Shown: positions 52,677 to 64,000 of the stretch, piece by piece
Position numbering within the stretch: position 1 is the stretch's first letter
Layout: each line of letters opens with the position of its first letter
Origin: an uncultured Planctomycetaceae bacterium
GTDB lineage: Bacteria > Planctomycetota > Planctomycetia > Isosphaerales > Isosphaeraceae
Direction of reading: 5' to 3'
Assembly (NCBI GenBank): GCA_963833985.1
Contig: CAWIAD010000001.1
Span: 2,688,001-2,752,000, forward strand
DNA length: 64,000 nt
Program-made: the position numbers and the translations under genes
Notes under the pieces: model-generated
The model's input: the letters and a program-made list of their open reading frames with translations, nothing else
Told to the model about the DNA's origin: nothing
The model's database searches: none

Positions 52677-53564
52677 TCAGCGGCCGCGTGACTGCCGTGG
52701 TGGACTCGACCCGCGTGGCGGCCGAGGTGCGGATTCCTGGGCCTCAGCCTCGCCACCGCGTGCTCCGGCCGGCTCGTTCGTCGCCGCACCCGGCCGGGCC
52801 CGATTACGGGAACCGTTCCACCCATTGGGCCGGTCCGCCGGCTGACCGCCCGCGCCGGCCGCGACCGGCTCCTGCCGGGTCGCCTCGATGGCCGCCAGGG
52901 CCTCGCCGAACGCCGCCTGCACCTGCTGAGCGTTCCACTGCACCATGCGCGTGGGGAAGTCCTGGCGCTGGGCCCAGTCGCTGATCGTCTTCAGCAGCCC
53001 CGCGCCGTGCTTTTCCTCTTGCTGCTTGATCCAGGCGAAAAGGGACTTACCGGTCTGGGGCACGCCGGCCCCCTCCTTCTGACGGGCGGGCGCGGAGGCT
53101 GGCTGCGCTGGGGGTGCCACCGGTTCTGCCGCCTTCCCCTGCGGCGAGTGCGCGGGATCGGCCGCGAGGGATGGGTGCCGCATCCGTTCATGCACGAAAC
53201 GCGGCACGCCGTCGCGGTAGAGGTAGCGGCCGATGCCAAACTTGACCGCCGCGCGTTTGAAGGCGTCGGAGAAGCCGCTCTTGTCGTCGTCGCCATGGTC
53301 GGCCATTCCCGCGTAGCCGCCGGCATCGGACTTGGTGAGCGTGGTGCCATCCGGCAGGCGGATGGTGAGCCGGCAGATCACGGAGTTCTCCAGGGGCATG
53401 TACTCGTCCCACCAGTTCGCCGGGCCGAGCACGTCGTCCAGGCGATTCATCACCGTGCGGGCGGTGATGTACTGAAGCTGGCGTCCTCCCTGCGGTCGGA
53501 TCCGAACCTCGTCCGCCCCGAAGGGAGCGGCCAGGCCGGCAAAGAGGTCCTGCAACGGGTCCAT
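52677..53564 (-). CDS. Rad52/Rad22-family single-strand annealing protein (DdrA/Sak-like)
   Basis: [36 protein letters not shown]. Confidence 0.88.
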   Translation of the reverse strand: MDPLQDLFAGLAAPFGADEVRIRPQGGRQLQYITARTVMNRLDDVLGPANWWDEYMPLENSVICRLTIRLPDGTTLTKSDAGGYAGMADHGDDDKSGFSDAFKRAAVKFGIGRYLYRDGVPRFVHERMRHPSLAADPAHSPQGKAAEPVAPPAQPASAPARQKEGAGVPQTGKSLFAWIKQQEEKHGAGLLKTISDWAQRQDFPTRMVQWNAQQVQAAFGEALAAIEATRQEPVAAGAGGQPADRPNGWNGSRNRARPGAATNEPAGARGGEAEAQESAPRPPRGSSPPRQSRGR

Positions 53565-53688
53565 GGTGATTCTCGGCAGTAGAAGGAACTGGATTGGTAC
53601 AACCAGTTACTTGTGCAACTCCTGGACCGGCCACGTCGCCAGCGTGCACTCTCTGCTCAATTGTGTACGGTACGGAGCAGAAATGGAA

Positions 53689-53716
53689 GAAGCCACGCCC
53701 TATCGGACGTGGCTTC
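53689..53716 (-). terminator. Putative intrinsic terminator
   Basis: GAAGCCACG/CGTGGCTTC stem followed by a T-rich tail on the minus strand. Confidence 0.55.
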
Positions 53717-53761
53717 AGGGAACTCGAGCCAGAAGCGGTGCGGTGCCGGCGGCCAGAGGGA

Positions 53762-54076
53762 TCATGTGCGTGAGCACAGGACCAGGCCGGCCGGCGGAGC
53801 CACTGGGTGACCGGCGACGATGACGCGCTGAGCACCCGGGTCGGCGGCAGCCAGCTTGGCGTTGACCTTGAAGTCAAAGCGCCAGAGGATCAGCAGCATC
53901 AGCAAGCAGGACAGCAGGATCGCCCCGAGTGCGACAGCCAGCATGGCCACGAAGATGTCGCTCTTGGGGGCCTGGACGAAGACGCCAGGCCGGCGGCCGG
54001 CAGCGGCACCAGCAGCAGGGCGGGAGCCTCCCCGGGTGGGCGCGCTAGATCCGCGGCTTGATCGTAGACGAGACAA
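53762..54076 (-). CDS. Small membrane protein
   Basis: PKSDIFVAML + TM; overlaps the upstream gene end. Confidence 0.65.
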   Translation of the reverse strand: MSRLRSSRGSSAPTRGGSRPAAGAAAGRRPGVFVQAPKSDIFVAMLAVALGAILLSCLLMLLILWRFDFKVNAKLAAADPGAQRVIVAGHPVAPPAGLVLCSRT

Positions 54077-54902
54077 TGTCGCCCTCCTTTATCTTCTTGC
54101 CCTGGTAGGTTGTACCGATCACCCGGCCGACGGCCTGGTCCGCGTCCACCGCGATCACCGAGATCTTGCCGAGATACTCGGGCCGGGGAACCTGGCGGAA
54201 GAGATAGAGCTCATGGCCTACTTGCAGGCCATCATCCGAGCCGATGGTCAGCTCCACCTGACGGTTCGTGGGATCCACCCGCCGGACCTCGCCCACCACG
54301 GGAGGCGGACTTTCCATTCCCTTGATCCGGCTGATGTCGTCGGAGAGCCCGTTCTGACGCAGCAGCACCGAGAACTTGGCCACCTGCTCACGCAGGTCGG
54401 TGTTGTGCTTGGTGGCCGATTCCAGCACCCGCTCGAGCTCGCGGATCCGGTCGTTCAGCTCGGCCTGGCGGAGCTTGAACTCGTTGGCCTGCTTCTCGAC
54501 GGCCGACTTCTGATCACGGACCAGGAGGTCGTCCTTGCGCCGCGCCTCCGCCTCAACCAGCGCCACCTTGGCGTTTTCCTGGGCCGTCTGGACCTCGGTG
54601 CGGGCCTGGGTGATCTGGTCCTGGGCCTGCTTGATCTGGGCTTCCTGAGCCTGGATCTGGTTATTCAGGTTCTTGGTGAGCGCGTCGTAACTGCCCTTGG
54701 CGGCGTCGAGATCTTTCTTCGCCGCGTCCACGGCAGCCTGGGCGTCGTTGAGTTTCTTGGTGAGCTCGCTGACCTTCTTCTTCTGGGCTTCCGTTTCGGT
54801 TCTCCAGTTCTTCGCTGTCGTGAACGTGACGGTGGAGATTCCCAGGAAGACCAGGGAGAAGGCCATGATGACGATGACGAGGATCTTGCCTACGAAGGTC
54901 AT
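54045..54902 (-). CDS. Membrane-anchored coiled-coil protein with C-terminal beta domain
   Basis: N-terminal TM, long heptad region, TIGSDDGL..G motif. Confidence 0.85.
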   Translation of the reverse strand: MTFVGKILVIVIMAFSLVFLGISTVTFTTAKNWRTETEAQKKKVSELTKKLNDAQAAVDAAKKDLDAAKGSYDALTKNLNNQIQAQEAQIKQAQDQITQARTEVQTAQENAKVALVEAEARRKDDLLVRDQKSAVEKQANEFKLRQAELNDRIRELERVLESATKHNTDLREQVAKFSVLLRQNGLSDDISRIKGMESPPPVVGEVRRVDPTNRQVELTIGSDDGLQVGHELYLFRQVPRPEYLGKISVIAVDADQAVGRVIGTTYQGKKIKEGDIVSSTIKPRI

Positions 54903-55304
54903 GGTCCCATCCTACCATTCAAAGTAAGACGGCCGGCCGACCATCCTCGCCGCGTCACCGCCGCGAGTCAAAGAAGGGATGGGGCTTGGACCGTGTGAAT
55001 CATGGAGGTGAGCCGGTACGCGCTGAAACGCAAGCCGGAGATTCGACATTCCTTGATTCAATGTAACGCCGCCGGAGCGCCAGCGGCAAGCGTTTTTCCA
55101 CATCAAAATGCGAACGATGCGGAGTGAAGCGATCCTCTCCACACCACTTGCGGCTTGAGCTTGCCCAAATTTACCCCACGCCCGGGACAATGGCAAGCTG
55201 CCCAGACTGGAGATTTGTGGACAGCCTGCCGCCAGCCCCGCAAATCGTACCCAAAAGCTCGCGCTGGGCCGTATGGGCCCGGTCGTGGTTCGCGTTCTCC
55301 TTCG

Positions 55305-58300
55305 TCATCCGGCCCCGTTCGGGTCGTGCGGATCAGGCTTGCTGGTCCGTCCGCGGCGGATGACATGGAAGAACACGGGGGTGAGGAAGATACCGAAAAA
55401 CGTGACGCCGAGCATACCGCTGAAGACGGCCACACCCAGGGCATGCCGCATCTCGGCACCGGCACCGAAAGCCAGCACCAGGGGCACCACGCCGAAGATG
55501 AACGCGAAGGAGGTCATGAGGATGGGCCGCAGCCGGAGCTGGCAGGCCTGGAGCGTCGCCTCACGCACATCGACTCCTTCTTCCTGCCTTTGCTTGGCGA
55601 ACTCGACGATCAGGATCGCGTTCTTGCTGGCGAGCCCCACCAGCACGACGAATCCGATCTGGGTGAAGATGTTGACGTCCATGCCCGCCAGGTTCAGGCC
55701 GGCGAGCGAGCAGAAGAGGCACATCGGCACCACCAGGATGACCGCCAGCGGGAGCGACCAGCTCTCGTACTGCGCCGCCAGGACCAGGAAGACGAACGCG
55801 ACGGCCAGCGCGAAGATGAAGATCGCCGCCTGGCCCGCCTGGAGCTGCATGTACGCCAGCTCGGTCCAGTCTGTCGCCATCGCAAGGGGCAACTCCTGGC
55901 TGGCGAGCTCCTGAAGGAGGGCGATCGCCTGGCCGGAGCTGGTCCCCGGCGCCGCGTTGCCGGTGATGGCCGTCGCCGAGTACATGTTATAGCGCATGAC
56001 CATCACCGGCCCGCTCACACTCCGCAGCGACAGAAGGGTTCCCAGGCGGATCATCTCACCGCGGCTGTTGCGCACCTTGAGCTGGCGGATGTCGCGTCCG
56101 TGCTCGCGGAAGTACTGGTCTGCCTGGATGTTCACCTGCCAGGTGCGGCCGAATTCATTGAAGTTATTGACGTAGTACGATCCCAGGTAGACCTGAAGCG
56201 TATTGAAGACCTCGCTCACCGGCACCCCGAGGGCCATGCACTTGGTGCGGTCGATGTCCAGGTAGAGCCAGGGTGTGTTCGCTCGCGAGCTGTTGAAGAG
56301 CCCCTGGAGCCCCGGCGTGCGGTTGCCCCGCGCGACGATCTGGTCGCTCACGCGCTGCAACTCGTCGAGCCCGAAGTTGCCCCGGTCCTCGATGATCATC
56401 TTGAAACCGCCGGTGGTGCCCAGCCCGTCGATCGGCGGCCCGCCGAAGGCCGAGACAATGGCGTCGCGCACCTCGCGACGGCACCGCGCCTCGATCGAGG
56501 ACGCGATCGCGTCGGCGCTCAGCTCCGCGCCGTGCCGGTGGTCGAACTCCTTGAGCAGCACGTACATGGAGCCGAGGTTCGGCGCGTTGGCGCCGAGGAT
56601 CAGCGACACGCCCGAGACGCCGACGGTGTGCGCCACGCCGGGCGTCGACCGGGCCAGGCTCTCGATGCGGGCCATCACCGTCTCGGTCCGCTCGACCGAG
56701 GCCGAGTCAGGGAGCTGCACGTTCAGCAGCAGGTATCCCTTGTCCTGCTGGGGAATGAAGCCGCTCGGCGTGCTCACGAATTGCAGGTACGTGCACACCA
56801 GCAGCCCGCCATAGGCCAGCAGGACCAGCACGCTCACCCGCAGCAGCCTGCCCACGAGCCGGCCGTAGACCAGGGTCATGCGGTCGAAGAGCCGATTGAA
56901 GCCCTGAAAGAGCCAGCCGAGGAGGGAGTTCACCGGTGCGATCACGAGCCATCCGACGAGACCGCCGGCGAGTGCGCCCGGCAGGAAGGCCGCCAGCCAG
57001 ACGGCCCAGCCGAGCCATTCACCGTCGCCATGGGCGGCAGCTTCCCCCACCGGTACCGGCAGGCCGAGCCGGCTGGCGGCCAGACCGGCCAGCCGATCCT
57101 GCCAGAAATACGCGGTGAGCAGGCCACCGAGGATGCCGATGAACCACCACGGCAGCGCCTCGCGCTTCAGCTCGTGGCCGTGCTCCCCCTGCTCGGTCTT
57201 GAAGATGAGCACGGCGCGGGAGGGCGTCATGGTCAGGGCGTTGATCGCCGAGATGATCGTGGAGACGGCGATGGTCACCGCGAACTGGCGGAAGAACTGG
57301 CCGCTGATCCCCCCCAGGAAGCAGCAGGGGATGAAGACCGAGCTGAGCACCAGCGTGATGGCGAGGATGGGCCCGGTGATCTCCTCCATGGCCCTGATGG
57401 TGGCCGAGCGGGCATCGAGGCCCGTGGCGATCAGCCGCTCGATGTTCTCGAGCACCACGATGGCGTCGTCCACCACGATGCCGATCGCCAGGACCAGGCC
57501 GAAGAGGGTGAGGTTGTTGAGCGAGAAGCCCATGGCCGCCATGACGGCGAAGGTGCCGATGAGCGACACCGGCACGTCGATCATCGGCAGGATCATCGCC
57601 TTCCAGTCCTGCAAGAACACGAGCACCACGATGCCGACCAGGATCACCGCGTCGCGCAGGGTCTTGAAGACCTCGTTCACCGACTCGCGAATAAACGGGG
57701 TGGTGTCGTAGACGATCTCGTACTCCAGGCCGTCAGGAAATCGCGTGCGCAGCGCGCGCATCTTGGCATAGACGCCGGAGGCGGTGTTCAGTGCGTTCGT
57801 GCCGGGAAGCTGGTAGATCGAGACGGCGACGGAGGGCTTACCATCGAGGGTGCACGACTGATCGTACTGGCGTGAGCCGAGCTCCACGCGGGCGACGTCG
57901 CGGAGGCGAACGATGCCGATGGCCTGCGGTTGCGGACCCGTCTGCCCGGTGGCCGCCAGCGTGGTGCTGGAGCTGGCCGGGGCCGTCGTCGTGCTCGGTG
58001 AGTTCTGGCTGGGCGAGTAATCCGTGCCCGCCTTGAGGATGATGTCCGCGAACTGCTCGGGCTCTGTAAGCCGGCCCAGCGTGTTGATGGCCAGTTGCAA
58101 CTGCTGCCCCCTGGGCACCGGCTGCTGTCCAACCTGCCCTGCGGCCACCTGGATATTCTGCTGCGCAATGGCGTTGACCACGTCCATGGCACTCAGGTTG
58201 TGCGCCGCCAGTTTCTCGGGGTCGAGCCAGCGCGCAGGCTGTAATCGCGCTGGCCCAGATACGTGATGCCGGCCACGCCGGGCAGGCGGCCGAGCTCGTC

Positions 58301-58792
58301 CTTGATGTAGATCGTCGCGTAGTTGCTCAGGTAGTTGCTGTCGTAGCGGCCGTCCGGCGAGATCAGGTTCACGATCATCATCGTGTTCGGCGACATCTTC
58401 TTGACGCTGATGCCCTCGTTCTGCACCAGGGCCGGAATCACCGGCAAGGCCAGCGAGACCCGGTTCTGCACCAGCACCTGGGCCATGTCCGTGTCCATGC
58501 CCAGCCGGAACGTCACCACCAGGCTGTATGAGCCGTCGTTGGTGGACGTCGAGGACATGTAGAGCATGTTCTCGACGCCGCTGACCTGCTCTTCGATGGG
58601 GGCCGCGACGGTGTTCCGCACGGTCGTTGCGTTCGCCCCCGGATAGATGGCCGTCACCAGCACGGTGGGGGGAGTGACGTCGGGATACTGCGCCACCGGC
58701 AGGGTGAAGACGGCCACGCCGCCGGCCAGCACGAAGACCAGCGAGAGCACGATGGCGAAGACCGGCCTGTCGATGAAGAAGCGGGGAATCAT
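55305..58792 (-). CDS. HAE1 RND efflux permease 2; frameshift near 58230
   Basis: MIPRFFIDRP start; AIGIVVDDAIVVLEN; LRLRPILMTS; one missing C in CGC GC(C) TGG joins the frames. Confidence 0.88.
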
Positions 58793-61700
58793 GGATCTTC
58801 AACTCCCTGCGGCGCGTCACCCCCGTGCTCTCCGCGGGGGCCACTATTCCCCTCGGCGCGTCATCCCCGGCGCTCTCCGCGGAAGCCGCCCTGCCGTCTG
58901 AGCGCCAGGGCATGATCTGGCGGTGCACGCCCAGCACCGCCAGGCCGGCCAGGGACCCCGCCAGGCCGCCGACCGGCAACGCCCACGACTCCTGCACGAC
59001 CCCCAGCCGCGCCAGCAGGTAACCACTGCCCACGCCCACCAGGCTCCCCAGCACCACCGAGCCGGTCCACCGCACGGAGGCGCTCGCAAAGAGCCTCGTC
59101 TCGGAGAGGCCCTGGATCACGTAGAAGAAGACCGGCGTGAGAAAGATTCCGAAGATCGTCACGCCCAGCATCCCGCCGAAGACCGCGGTCCCCAGCGAGC
59201 GGCGCATCTCCGCGCCGGCGCCCGAGGCGAAGACCAGCGGCAACACGCCGAAGACGAAGGCGAAGGAGGTCATGAGAATCGGCCGCAGACGCAGCCGGGA
59301 CGCCTCGCAAGTCACCTCGAAGACCGGTCGGCCCTGCTCGTGCAGCTGCCGTGCGTACTCGACGACCAGGATCGCGTTCTTGCAGGCCAACCCCACCAGC
59401 ACCACCAGACCAATCTGCACGAATATGTTCACATCTCGATTTGTATAGAGGATCCCCGCCACCGAGCAGAGCAGGCAGAGCGGAACCACCAGGATCACGG
59501 CCAGCGGCAGGGTCCAGCTCTCGTAGAGTGCGGCCAGCGCCATGAAGACGCAGAGGATCGACAGCAAGAAGACGTAGATCGCGGTGTTTCCCGCGCGGAG
59601 CTGCATGAACATCAGCTCGGTCCATTCCGTCTTCATCGACAGCGGCAGGCTCTCATCCGCGATGGTATTGATCCGGGAGATGGCCGTGCCGGTGCTCACG
59701 CCCTGGATGCTGCCTCTCATGGTGGCAGCCTGGTAAAGGTTGTACCGGGTCACCGAGATCGGCCCGCCAACCTCGCGAGGCTGCACCAATGTGCCCAGCG
59801 GCACCATCTGCTGCCACCGGTTCCGTACCTGGAAGAGGCTGAGCTCCTCGATCCGGTCGCGATAGCGGCCGTCAGCCTGCACGGTGACCTGCCAGTGCCG
59901 GCCGAAGAAGTTGAAGCTGTTCACGTACAGCGAGCCCATGTACATCGACAGCGTCTGATTCAGGTCATTGAACGACACCCCCAGGCTGGCGACCTTGGTG
60001 CGGTCGATATCCAGCCAGACCTGCGGCGTGCTCGAGCGGAACTGCGTGGCCACGCTCAGGAGCCCCGGCACCTCCTGGAGCTTGCGGACCAGGCCATCAG
60101 TCTGCTGCTGCAAAGCGCTTAACCCCAGGCTGCCCCGGTCCTCCACGACCAGCTTGAAACCGCCCGCCACGCCCAGGCCCGGAATCGGCGACGCACCATA
60201 CACGGTCACCTTCACGTCCTGCACGCGGCGTGCCCACTCCCGGCGCAGCCTGGCCATGATGGCTAGATCGCCCAGCTCGGGGCGCTGCCGCCTGTCGAAC
60301 GGCTCGAGCACCACGAACATCGAGGCGAAGTTCGGGCTGTTCGCCTGGAGCAAAAACGACAACCCGGAGATGGTCACGGTGTGGGCCACCCCGGGGGTCT
60401 CCCGCGCAATCGCCTCCACCTGCGCCGCGGCTTGCCTGGTGCGCTCCAGCGAGGCCGAATCGGGTAGTTGCATGTTCACGATCAGCCGACCCTGGTCCTG
60501 CTGCGGGATGAAGCCGGTCGGGGCCTTCTGAAAGATCCAGTAGGTGGCGCCCAGCAGACCGAGATAAAGCAGGAGCACAAGCAGGCTGAGGTGGAGCAAC
60601 CGGCTCACGATGCCGCCGTAGACGTGGGTCACGGCGTCAAACCCGCGGTTGAAGCCGCGAAACAGCCATCCCAGCAGGGCGTTCACGGGACGGATGCATC
60701 GCCGGCCGATCGCCGCGCCGACCAGGACGCCGGGAATCGACCAGAGGGCATACCGGGCATAGAGGTTCGCCGGCAAGAGCCGCTCGGCCTGGCCGCTGAG
60801 ACCGGCCCATTCCAGGAACCGCGCGCTCTGCCAGATGGTGAGCAGGCCTCCCAGGACGGCGAAGGTCCACCAGGGCAGCGCCTCGCGCCGCTGTTCGTGG
60901 CTCTGACCCTCCTCGAGCTTGAAGATCATCACCGCGCGCGACGGCGTCATGGTCACGGCATTGATCGCGGAGATGATGGTGGAGACGGCAATGGTCACCG
61001 CGAACTGGCGGAAGAACTGCCCGGTGATGCCGCCGATGAAGGCACACGGCACGAACACCGCGGAGAGCACCAGCGCCACGGCGACGATCGGCCCGGTGAC
61101 CTCGTCCATGGCCTGGATCGTTGCCGAGCGAACGTCCAGGCCGGTCGCCATCAGCCGCTCCACATTCTCGAGCACCACGATGGCGTCGTCCACCACGATG
61201 CCGATCGCCAGCACCAGACCGAAGAGCGAGATGTTGTTCAGGCTGAACCCGATCGCGGCCATGACGGCGAAGGTGCCGATGAGCGACACCGGCACGTCGA
61301 TCATCGGCAGGATCATCGCCCGCCAGTCCTGCAAGAAGACGAGGACCACGATACCCACGAGAGCCACCGCTTCCAGCAGCGTCTTGAACACGTCCGAGAC
61401 CGACTCGCGGATGAACGGTGTGGTGTCGTAGGCCGTGCTGTACTCCACCCCGTCGGGAAACTTTGCCTTGAGCTCCTTCATCCGGGCCTGGACGCGCTCG
61501 GCGACGTCCAGCGCATTGGTGCCGGGGAGCTGGTAGATCGACAGGCCCACCGAAGGGTGGCCGTCGAAGGAGCACGACTGGTTGTAATTCTGCGCGCCCA
61601 GCTCGACCCGGGCCACGTCGCGGATCCGGACCACACCGTCGGTGGGGTTGGACGTGAGCAGCGCCGTCGCGGCCGAGCCGGAGCGCAGCGTGCCCAGCGC

Positions 61701-62984
61701 GCTGGAGATCCGCTGGCTGTTGGAAACGGCCATGCCATCGCCGCCAGCCCCGCCCGAGGACAACCCCGCTGCCGACGATCCCGACGAGCTGCCCGAACCG
61801 GGAGTCGCGCCGCCACCGGTTGTTCCGCCACCGCTGGTGGTGACACCGCCAAAGGTGGTGCCCTGAGCCGGCAGGACGCTCGTCAGCCCTGTGATGGACA
61901 TGGACGCCGTGGACGTCGCCGAGCTGGTCGTCCCGGCCCCGTGCATCGTGCCCAGCCGCCTGGACGACGCGATTGTCGGCGGACTGACGGACCCGGCCGT
62001 CGCGTCGACGGACGACATGCCGCCCATCGCGTCAACCAGAGATGTGTCGATCTGCATCATCGCCCCGGCTCCGTCACCACCCGAACCGCCGCCAGCGCCC
62101 GAGCCGCCGCCACCGCCCGAGCTGGATTGAGAGCCTGAACCGCCGCTGGAGGTCGACTGCGTCCAGCCGTGCAGCGAATCAATGGACAGGCCGTAGCGGT
62201 TGCCGGTCACTGCCGGGTCCACCTTGACCACGATGTCGCCGAACTGCTCCGGAACCGTCAGCCGCCCGAGGGTATCGATGGGGAGCTGCGCGGATTGGCC
62301 CTGAGACGCCGGCGGCTGGCCGACCCGTCCGGCCGGCGCGTCCACGTTCTGGTCGCGTATCGCCTGTGCCACGTCCATCGCGGTCATGTTCCGCGCGGCC
62401 AGTTGCTGGGGGTCCAGCCAGACGCGGATGCTGTAATCACGCTGACCCAGGTAGTTGATGTCCGAGACCCCGTAAACCCGCAGCAGCTCATCGCGCACGA
62501 AGATGGTGGCGAAATTACTCAGGTAAATGTCGTCGTAGCGGCCATCCGGCGAGTAGAAGTTGACGATCATGAGGATGTCGGGCGTCTTCTTGCGGATGGT
62601 GATTCCCTGGTTCTGCACCGCGGTCGGTAGCTGGGGCATGGCCAGCGTCACCCGGTTCTGAACCATCACGAGGTCGGAATTGAGGTCGGTGCCGACGTCG
62701 AACGTCACGGTCAGGGCGTAAGTGCCGTCGTTGCCCATCTGCGAGGACATGTAGAGCATGCCCTCCACGCCGTTGACCTGCTGCTCGATCGGCGCGGCGA
62801 CCGTGTCGGCAACCACCGCGGCACTGGCGCCGGGGTAGCTGATGGAGATCACCACGCCGGGCGGGGTGATCCTGGGGTACTGGGCGACCGGCAGCGCCAG
62901 CACCGCAATCGCGCCGATCAGGGTGATGACGATCGATAGAACGGCGGCGAAGATGGGCCGATCAATGAAGAATCGCGCAATCAT
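58789..62984 (-). CDS. HAE1 RND efflux permease 1 with large low-complexity insertion; probable 1-nt deletion at 58820-58824
   Basis: MIARFFIDRP start; restoring one base in the homopolymer yields a TGA overlapping the next ATG (ATGA). Confidence 0.88.
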
Positions 62985-62997
62985 GGACGTGTCCCGC

Positions 62998-64000
62998 TCA
63001 CCGCCTGGTGTGGTCGTCAAGGGGTGACGCGGGCCGGCCAGTCCGTGGTGCCGCCGGAATGGAAGCCGCCGGAGGCGCGTGAGAATCGCGCTCGGGGCTT
63101 GCCTTCGCCGCGGGCAAGGAGGAAGGCGCGGGCGCCCCGGTGGCCGGCGATGCGCTGGCGGCCGCGGCCGGACTGGTCCCGGTGGAGTCGCCACCGCCGT
63201 CGCGGACCAGCGCGGGCATCGGCACATCTTCGGGAACAATCGTCATGCGGGGTCGCACCTGCTGCAAGCCGCCCACGACCACCCGGTCGTCGGGTCCCAG
63301 TCCGTCGGTGACGACGCGCAGGCCGTCGTCCTGGAGCGACGTGGTACTGATCCGGCGGTACTGGACCTTGTTCTCATGGTCCACCACGTAGACGTACTTG
63401 TTCCCCTGGTCCGAGCTGATCGCCCGATCGATCACCAGGACGGCCGGGTGCGGGTCGCCGATCGGCAGGCGAATGCGCACGAACATGCCCGGCGAGAGCA
63501 GCCGCGTGCCGCCCGGCGGCCTGGGGTTGGGAAAGATGCCCCGCACCAGGATGCTGCCAGTGGTCGGATTGAGCTGGTTGTTCACGAAATTGACGGTCCC
63601 CTCGTGCGGGAACCCGGCCTCGCCTTGCAGCCCCATGAACAGAGGCACGCGCAGGCCGTTGGCGCGCTTGGGCTTGATCTTTCCCTCGTTGATCGCCTTG
63701 CGAATGCGCAGCAGGGTTGGTTCGTCCATGTCGAAATAGGCGTACATCGGGTCCAGCGAGACGATCGTGGTCAGCAGTGTCTGGTCCTGGTTCACCAGGT
63801 TGCCCAGCGTCAAATAATAACGGCTGACCATACCGCTGATCGGTGCGACCACGCGGGTGAACTCGTGGTTCAGCTTGTAGACTTCCTTGTTCTTCTCGTA
63901 CGCCTTGACCCGGGCATCGGCCTCTTCCACGGCGGCCTCGTCCTGATCGATCTGCTGGCGGCTGATCGAGTTCGGCGTCATGTTGTTGATGGCCCGGTCC
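62998..64000 (-). CDS. RND periplasmic adaptor (MFP), 5'-partial
   Basis: APISG, GNLV, TTGSILVRG.FPNP, PGMFVRI, GL...DRVVV.GLQ. Confidence 0.92.
   Translation of the reverse strand, partial: DRAINNMTPNSISRQQIDQDEAAVEEADARVKAYEKNKEVYKLNHEFTRVVAPISGMVSRYYLTLGNLVNQDQTLLTTIVSLDPMYAYFDMDEPTLLRIRKAINEGKIKPKRANGLRVPLFMGLQGEAGFPHEGTVNFVNNQLNPTTGSILVRGIFPNPRPPGGTRLLSPGMFVRIRLPIGDPHPAVLVIDRAISSDQGNKYVYVVDHENKVQYRRISTTSLQDDGLRVVTDGLGPDDRVVVGGLQQVRPRMTIVPEDVPMPALVRDGGGDSTGTSPAAAASASPATGAPAPSSLPAAKASPERDSHAPPAASIPAAPRTGRPASPLDDHTRR

Noticed and set aside
55155..57875. 906-aa plus-strand ORF (and similar ORFs at 31745..33793, 46616..48253, 60468..62138)
   Set aside because: Antisense shadows of well-supported genes in high-GC DNA
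55305..63239. 2644-aa giant fused double RND protein
   Set aside because: The linker is an off-frame reading of permease 2's N-terminus; two single-base deletions plus an ATGA overlap explain the apparent fusion

Overview
GC-rich bacterial DNA, most likely Planctomycetota (Isosphaeraceae-like). This is inferred from extended ECF sigma factors, large Ser/Thr kinases, LEGR-xLLS-type N-terminal motifs and Uma2 genes. Core genes are mutS, two STAS proteins, queF, a DUF62 SAM hydrolase, DUF58, a GH57-galT-GH57 alpha-glucan cluster, a Rad52/DdrA-like annealing protein, blaI/blaR-like genes and an RND efflux operon. There are four IS copies: two near-identical IS1634-type copies, a different IS1634-type element that hosts one of them, and one ISAzo13-type element. 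Two ECF genes are interrupted by IS. At least seven single-base frameshifts, some in homopolymers, suggest assembly indel errors; the 2644-aa ORF is best explained as two RND genes fused by such errors. The most interesting signal is a recurring integrase-free architecture in which toxin-antitoxin cassettes lie between direct duplications of a host gene's 3' end. It occurs as a three-copy array behind an FHA-kinase (8.3-10.6 kb) and as a 686-bp duplication behind a 4-alpha-glucanotransferase (44.6-47.4 kb), and the two well-preserved duplicated ends differ from their parent genes mostly at synonymous sites. Related tandem duplications occur at the Uma2 genes and at 30.2/31.7 kb. No rRNA, tRNA or CRISPR array was seen. 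All family assignments come from motif recognition, not database searches, and mismatch counts are by eye.
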